A DNA stretch of 64,000 nucleotides, from the NCBI GenBank assembly GCA_016716905.1, contig JADJUS010000004.1:1163603-1227602 (forward strand). Direction: 5' to 3'. Below are positions 62,948 to 64,000 of this stretch, piece after piece. The stretch's first letter is position 1. The number at the start of each line of letters is the position of its first letter. This DNA comes from Acidobacteriota bacterium (GTDB taxonomy: Bacteria; Acidobacteriota; Vicinamibacteria; Vicinamibacterales; SCN-69-37). The notes beneath the pieces were generated by a model. That model did no database searches. It worked only from the letters and a program-made list of their open reading frames with translations, and was not told where the DNA came from. A program made the position numbers and the translations under genes.

Positions 62948-64000
62948 ATGGTGATTCGAATTCTCGTCTTGTTGTCTCTTCTCGCGTGGCCGACCGTTCC
63001 GGCTCAGACAAACGTACCGCTCACGGCCTTGACCTGGCGCAACGTCGGACCGGCCGTGACCGGCACGCGGATTGTGGAACTGGCGGTCGTCGAACGTGAC
63101 CCACGCACCTTCTACGCCGCCACGGCGTCGAGCGGTGTGTGGAAGACCGGCAACGCCGGCACCACGTGGTCACCGGTGTTTGAGCGAGCCGGCCGCATCT
63201 CGATCGGCGGCATGGCCGTGGCGCCGTCGAATCCCGACATCCTCTGGGTCGCCACCGGTGAACCGAACATGCGCAACCTGCGCAGCACCTCGCCCGGCGA
63301 TGGGATCTATCGATCCGACGATGGAGGCCGGTCGTGGCAGCACAGAGGCTTGCGCAACAGCCAGCACATGGGGCGTGTGGTGGTGCATCCCACCAACCCC
63401 GACATCGTGTACGCGTCGGCGGTTGGGTCGATGTGGGACTCGAACAACGAGGCTCGCGGCCTGTGGAAGACCACCGACGGCGGCTCGACGTGGAGGAACG
63501 TGCTGGCGCCTGGTGGGCGCACGGGCGTGGTGGACATCGCCATGGATCCGCGAAATGCCAGTGTGCTGTATGCGGCCGCGTGGCATCGCGAGCGCCGCGA
63601 TTGGAGCTTCATCAGCACGGGCACGGGAAGCGGCGTCTACAAGTCCACGGACGCGGGCGAAACATGGTCCCGCCTCGCCGCCGGACTTCCAGCCGGGCCG
63701 ATGGGACGCATCGGTCTTTCGGTCTGCCGCTCACAGCCGGCAACAGTCTTCGCCGCTGTTGAAGGTGACGCGGCCACTCGCGGCGTCTATCGCTCCACCG
63801 ATGCGGGCGCCACGTGGACCCGCCGCGCTCCCATCAGCGCATCGTCGTACTACTACGGCCAGATTCGGTGTGACCCAGGCGACCCCCAACGTGTGCACGT
63901 GTTGCAGACGGAGATTGCGACGTCGAGTGATGGCGGCGCCACATTCCGTACAGAGCTACCAGGTCCGGGTGTGCATGTGGATCACCACGATCTGTGGACG
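62948..64000 (+). CDS. secreted BNR/sortilin-type beta-propeller repeat protein, paralogue of 57400-60114 (partial, runs off window end)
   Basis: Own translation from the ATG at 62948 gives MVIRILVLLSLLAWPTVPAQTNVPLTALTWRNVGPAVTGTRIVELAVV...SGVWKTGNAGTTWSPVF. SDDGGRSW, TTDGGSTW, STDAGETW, STDAGATW and SSDGGATF follow. It is open to position 64000 and absent from the ORF track because it has no stop. Confidence 0.85.
   Translation, partial: MVIRILVLLSLLAWPTVPAQTNVPLTALTWRNVGPAVTGTRIVELAVVERDPRTFYAATASSGVWKTGNAGTTWSPVFERAGRISIGGMAVAPSNPDILWVATGEPNMRNLRSTSPGDGIYRSDDGGRSWQHRGLRNSQHMGRVVVHPTNPDIVYASAVGSMWDSNNEARGLWKTTDGGSTWRNVLAPGGRTGVVDIAMDPRNASVLYAAAWHRERRDWSFISTGTGSGVYKSTDAGETWSRLAAGLPAGPMGRIGLSVCRSQPATVFAAVEGDAATRGVYRSTDAGATWTRRAPISASSYYYGQIRCDPGDPQRVHVLQTEIATSSDGGATFRTELPGPGVHVDHHDLWT

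Overview
64-kb high-GC (about 65% by eye) bacterial chromosomal window. I count about 45 credible protein genes and saw no rRNA, tRNA or CRISPR array. The gene content suggests an Acidobacteriota-like soil bacterium, which is inference only: a PadR plus duplicated FtsX/MacB-type permease pair, BlaI/BlaR1 next to a TonB-C protein, carboxypeptidase-regulatory-like proteins, BNR/sortilin-type propeller proteins, and TAT-exported Gfo/Idh/MocA oxidoreductases with DUF1080 partners. Layout: (1) 0-2.9 kb: MATE efflux pump and hldD. (2) 3.0-6.8 kb: two tandem carboxypeptidase-regulatory-like genes broken by many frame changes. (3) 6.9-12.2 kb: amidohydrolase, DsbD and a convergent TPR/thioredoxin-like CPPC protein. 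(4) 12.3-13.1 kb: a solitary Dam-type methyltransferase. (5) 13.2-29.6 kb: a tightly coupled nine-gene operon built on MoxR AAA+ / DUF58 / BatA-N / double-VWA genes and ending in a 2170-aa TPR giant. This is my best candidate for an uncharacterised system. (6) 29.6-33.0 kb: a REP cluster and a low-GC islet of decayed genes, one with a HEPN-like Rx4H motif. (7) 33.1-48.2 kb: dispersed periplasmic sugar-oxidation genes (two Gfo/Idh/MocA, two DUF1080, xylose-isomerase-like TIM barrel, cytochrome c, GMC flavoprotein plus TAT small subunit, MFS transporter, sulfatase). (8) 48.2-57.4 kb: small regulatory cassettes (TonB-C, BlaI/BlaR1, aldo-keto reductase, PadR/permease) separated by copies of a ~210-bp near-palindromic MITE-like element. 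(9) 57.4-64 kb: two BNR/sortilin paralogues flanking a radical-SAM-like gene and a membrane PP2C phosphatase. Intergenic space carries at least three repeat families plus 7-, 8- and 9-bp microsatellites. One 9-bp microsatellite lies in frame inside an oxidoreductase gene and, inverted, inside a cytochrome c signal-peptide region. Several genes show apparent frameshifts. Without reads I cannot tell real decay from assembly indels. All domain calls come from motif recognition by eye, not from database searches.
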